Below are positions 61,776 through 64,000 of a stretch of DNA of 64,000 nt, piece after piece. Positions within the stretch are counted from its first letter, which is position 1, and each line of letters begins with the position of its first letter. The stretch is from a virus. The stretch is from the IMG/VR virus record IMGVR_UViG_3300033146_000946, positions 32,001-96,000 of that record; one strand, 5' to 3'. The notes under the pieces are model-generated. The model ran no database searches. It saw only the letters and a list, made by a program, of their open reading frames with translations, and was not told the DNA's origin. The position numbers and the translations under genes were made by a program.

Positions 61776-62891
61776 ATGAAATTAAATATTATAGGTACTA
61801 CTGCTAAAGTAGGATTTGGTACTCATTGTAAAGGTATGCTTAAATCACTTGATAATATAGGTGTCGATATATCTTTTATGCCAATTGGTAATCTTGAAGA
61901 AGAAGATTCTGAATTATATAAAAAAATAACATCAAATCAATTCGATCCAGATGGTATATCATTATATATATTTCATGATGCATTTTTAACTCAAAGATTT
62001 AGTAAAACAGTAATAATGTTTTATGTATTTGAAACAACTATAATTTCTGATCATGTTAAGAATAAAATTGAAAATTATGTTGATATTCTTTTTACATCTA
62101 CTGAAAAACATAAAGATATATTATTAAAAAATGGAATAACTAAACCTATTTATGTTATACATGAAGGTATAGATCCAGAATTATTTAATATTAATAATAA
62201 TAAAAAATTAATTGAAACAAATAATTACACATATTTAATATTAGGTAAAAGTGAAAAACGTAAAAATACTAATAAAGTATTTGCATCATTCTTTGAAACT
62301 ATGCAATATGAAAATGTAAGTTTAATAGCTCATACTTATAATCATAGACATGAAGCTAATATTATTTATAATTGGTTTGATTTTGATTTAAAAGATTTTG
62401 GTTATAGATTAATAGAAGATAATGATTTATATTTGAAATATTATAATTCATTTTCAACAATATATTTAACTAAACCTAAATTAACAGATGAGCAAATGAC
62501 AGAATTATATAATTCTGCTAATATAGGACTATCTTATAGTTCAGCAGAAGGGTGGGGTTTACCTGAAATGGAAATGATGACTTGTGGAAAACCTGTTATA
62601 ATAACAAATGTTTTAGGTCATAATGAATATATAAATAATATCCCAATTTATAAAGAATTAATAATAGAACCAATTGGAACAGAATTGGCTAAAGATATGG
62701 TTTATTTTGATGGATCAACTGGATATTGGTCTAAGTTAAATATTTCAGCATTAAAAGAAAAATTAATATATACTTATAAACATAATATAGGATCGATAAA
62801 ATCGGAAATTTTATCAGATTATTTTAAAAATAATTTTAGTTGGCATAATGCCGCAATAACATTAAAACAAATACTCACAGAGGAGATTTAA
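61776..62891 (+). CDS. Glycosyltransferase, GT-B/GT4 family
   Basis: VGFG, VIHEGIDP, GKSEKRKN, AEGWGLPEMEMMTCGKP. Confidence 0.92.
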   Translation: MKLNIIGTTAKVGFGTHCKGMLKSLDNIGVDISFMPIGNLEEEDSELYKKITSNQFDPDGISLYIFHDAFLTQRFSKTVIMFYVFETTIISDHVKNKIENYVDILFTSTEKHKDILLKNGITKPIYVIHEGIDPELFNINNNKKLIETNNYTYLILGKSEKRKNTNKVFASFFETMQYENVSLIAHTYNHRHEANIIYNWFDFDLKDFGYRLIEDNDLYLKYYNSFSTIYLTKPKLTDEQMTELYNSANIGLSYSSAEGWGLPEMEMMTCGKPVIITNVLGHNEYINNIPIYKELIIEPIGTELAKDMVYFDGSTGYWSKLNISALKEKLIYTYKHNIGSIKSEILSDYFKNNFSWHNAAITLKQILTEEI

Positions 62892-63206
62892 ATGAATGAT
62901 CTTAATATTGAATTAGTAAAAGTTATCCAAGATAAACATATGGAAGTTAAATATAATGAAAAGTTTATTGTAATAAATAATAAACGAATACATATTGAGA
63001 TGCAAGGAAAAATTAATTGTCCAGTATTAAATACTAAAATTTCATCTTTAACATGTAGTAAATTTATGGAACAAAAAGGTTGGCCTAGACATATTGATAA
63101 TCATATTTGTGATAGAGCTAATTGTAAAATTTATAAATCTATACAAAAAAATATGGCAAATAGAAATGAAAATAAAACAAGAAAAAATAATAAAGAGACT
63201 AGATAA
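62892..63206 (+). CDS. Small Cys-containing hypothetical protein (possible metal binding)
   Basis: CPV..C..C..C, with an AGGAG RBS. Confidence 0.6.
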   Translation: MNDLNIELVKVIQDKHMEVKYNEKFIVINNKRIHIEMQGKINCPVLNTKISSLTCSKFMEQKGWPRHIDNHICDRANCKIYKSIQKNMANRNENKTRKNNKETR

Positions 63207-63444
63207 AATATTAAAAATATATGATACTAAAGTTGAAATGTTAAATGAGATGCACCAATTAGGTGCATCTCGACATATTTGTATGATTACTGAATTATTA
63301 TTATTAAATAAATCATATAAATCAATACAAAAAACTTTATTATTTACAGATAATGCTTTTGAAATATTAATTGAAGAATTGAATACGTTTTTTATTAATT
63401 ATAAACAACTTAGAAAACGATATAAAAAATTAAGAGGGTTTTAA
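63166..63444 (+). CDS. Hypothetical protein, possible HTH
   Basis: Likely start at internal ATG 63166 of ORF 63094-63444. ITELLLLNKSYKSIQKTL resembles an HTH. Confidence 0.45.
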   Translation: MKIKQEKIIKRLDKILKIYDTKVEMLNEMHQLGASRHICMITELLLLNKSYKSIQKTLLFTDNAFEILIEELNTFFINYKQLRKRYKKLRGF

Positions 63445-63458
63445 TAAACCCTCTTTTT
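63432..63458. terminator. Terminator between convergent genes
   Basis: AAGAGGGTTT-TAAT-AAACCCTCTT followed by TTT. Confidence 0.8.
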
Positions 63459-63463
63459 AATTA

Positions 63464-63865
63464 TTATTTAATTTCTACTTTAGTTATATTATCATCATGT
63501 TCTTTATTAAATAATGTTATAGATAATATACCATCTTTAAATTCAGATTGAATAGAACTTAAATCATATTTATCAGATATATTAAATTCTAATCTATAAG
63601 ATTTGGTGTTTTTATTTTTATCTGGTAAATCTATAACTATCATATTATTATTTTTTATAACAAAAACCGATAATAAATCTTTATTAGCTCCAGCAAGATT
63701 AATTTTATAATTAATCTTATTATCTTGTTTATCATAATAAACAACATTAGTTTTATAATATTTAATACCTTCTTGTGGTATTATACGTATTGTATTTTGT
63801 GTATCAGGTTTTTTATCATAGATGTTATAAACATCATTAATAAAATCATACATAGTTCTAACCAT
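63464..63865 (-). CDS. Hsp20/alpha-crystallin small heat-shock protein
   Basis: YKINLAGANKDLLSV..F.I.D..D...IQSEFKDGILSITL. AAGGAG RBS. Confidence 0.8.
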   Translation of the reverse strand: MVRTMYDFINDVYNIYDKKPDTQNTIRIIPQEGIKYYKTNVVYYDKQDNKINYKINLAGANKDLLSVFVIKNNNMIVIDLPDKNKNTKSYRLEFNISDKYDLSSIQSEFKDGILSITLFNKEHDDNITKVEIK

Positions 63866-64000
63866 TTAAAACTCCTTGGTTAAAAATATCCGAATTAACG
63901 GATAAGTGTTATATATTCGCTTAATATATAACAAAAAGTATGCCAATCTTTTAAATCAGCATACTTTAATAATTGATGTTTAAATTTTAATCTATATATG

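Noticed and set aside
63930-63946. sigma54-like site TTGGCATACTTTTTGT upstream of Hsp20 (minus strand)
   Set aside because: The -12 element reads GT instead of the near-invariant GC; single instance.
1-64000. Stop-codon reassignment, as in some large AT-rich phages
   Set aside because: The standard code already gives near-complete coding density, and TAG ends genes normally (31903, 35211).

Overview
This is a 64-kb, very AT-rich, gene-dense segment of a large (probably jumbo) contractile-tailed dsDNA phage or prophage, read in the standard code and almost entirely on the + strand. Positions 1-52 kb are a tail/baseplate morphogenesis operon. It contains an NlpC/P60 hydrolase with 70-aa repeats (truncated at the window edge), two tail-chaperone paralogues, and two giant Cys-free proteins in the tape-measure position. 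These are followed by a 2559-aa fused tube-initiator/hub protein, a spike, a gp25-like wedge, baseplate J, and beta-helix, fibre and paralogous structural proteins. Positions 52-64 kb hold a Cas4-like exonuclease, an A/T-only origin-like spacer with divergent sigma70-type promoters, HNH, a Sak-like annealase, a primase-helicase, three GT4 glycosyltransferases and Hsp20. The main discovery is the 2501-aa protein at 9786-17291. It carries, in the correct order, beta-like and beta'-like two-barrel RNA polymerase motifs (R-x-P ... ADTDGD) fused behind a DnaQ/DEDDh exonuclease. Its coupled upstream partner (3505-9786) carries an embedded PD-(D/E)XK nuclease. I infer a tail-delivered RNAP + two-nuclease payload. 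A candidate phage-specific promoter motif (ATASTATACTAYAT) occurs three times in tail-region intergenic gaps. All assignments are from by-eye motif recognition; no searches were run.
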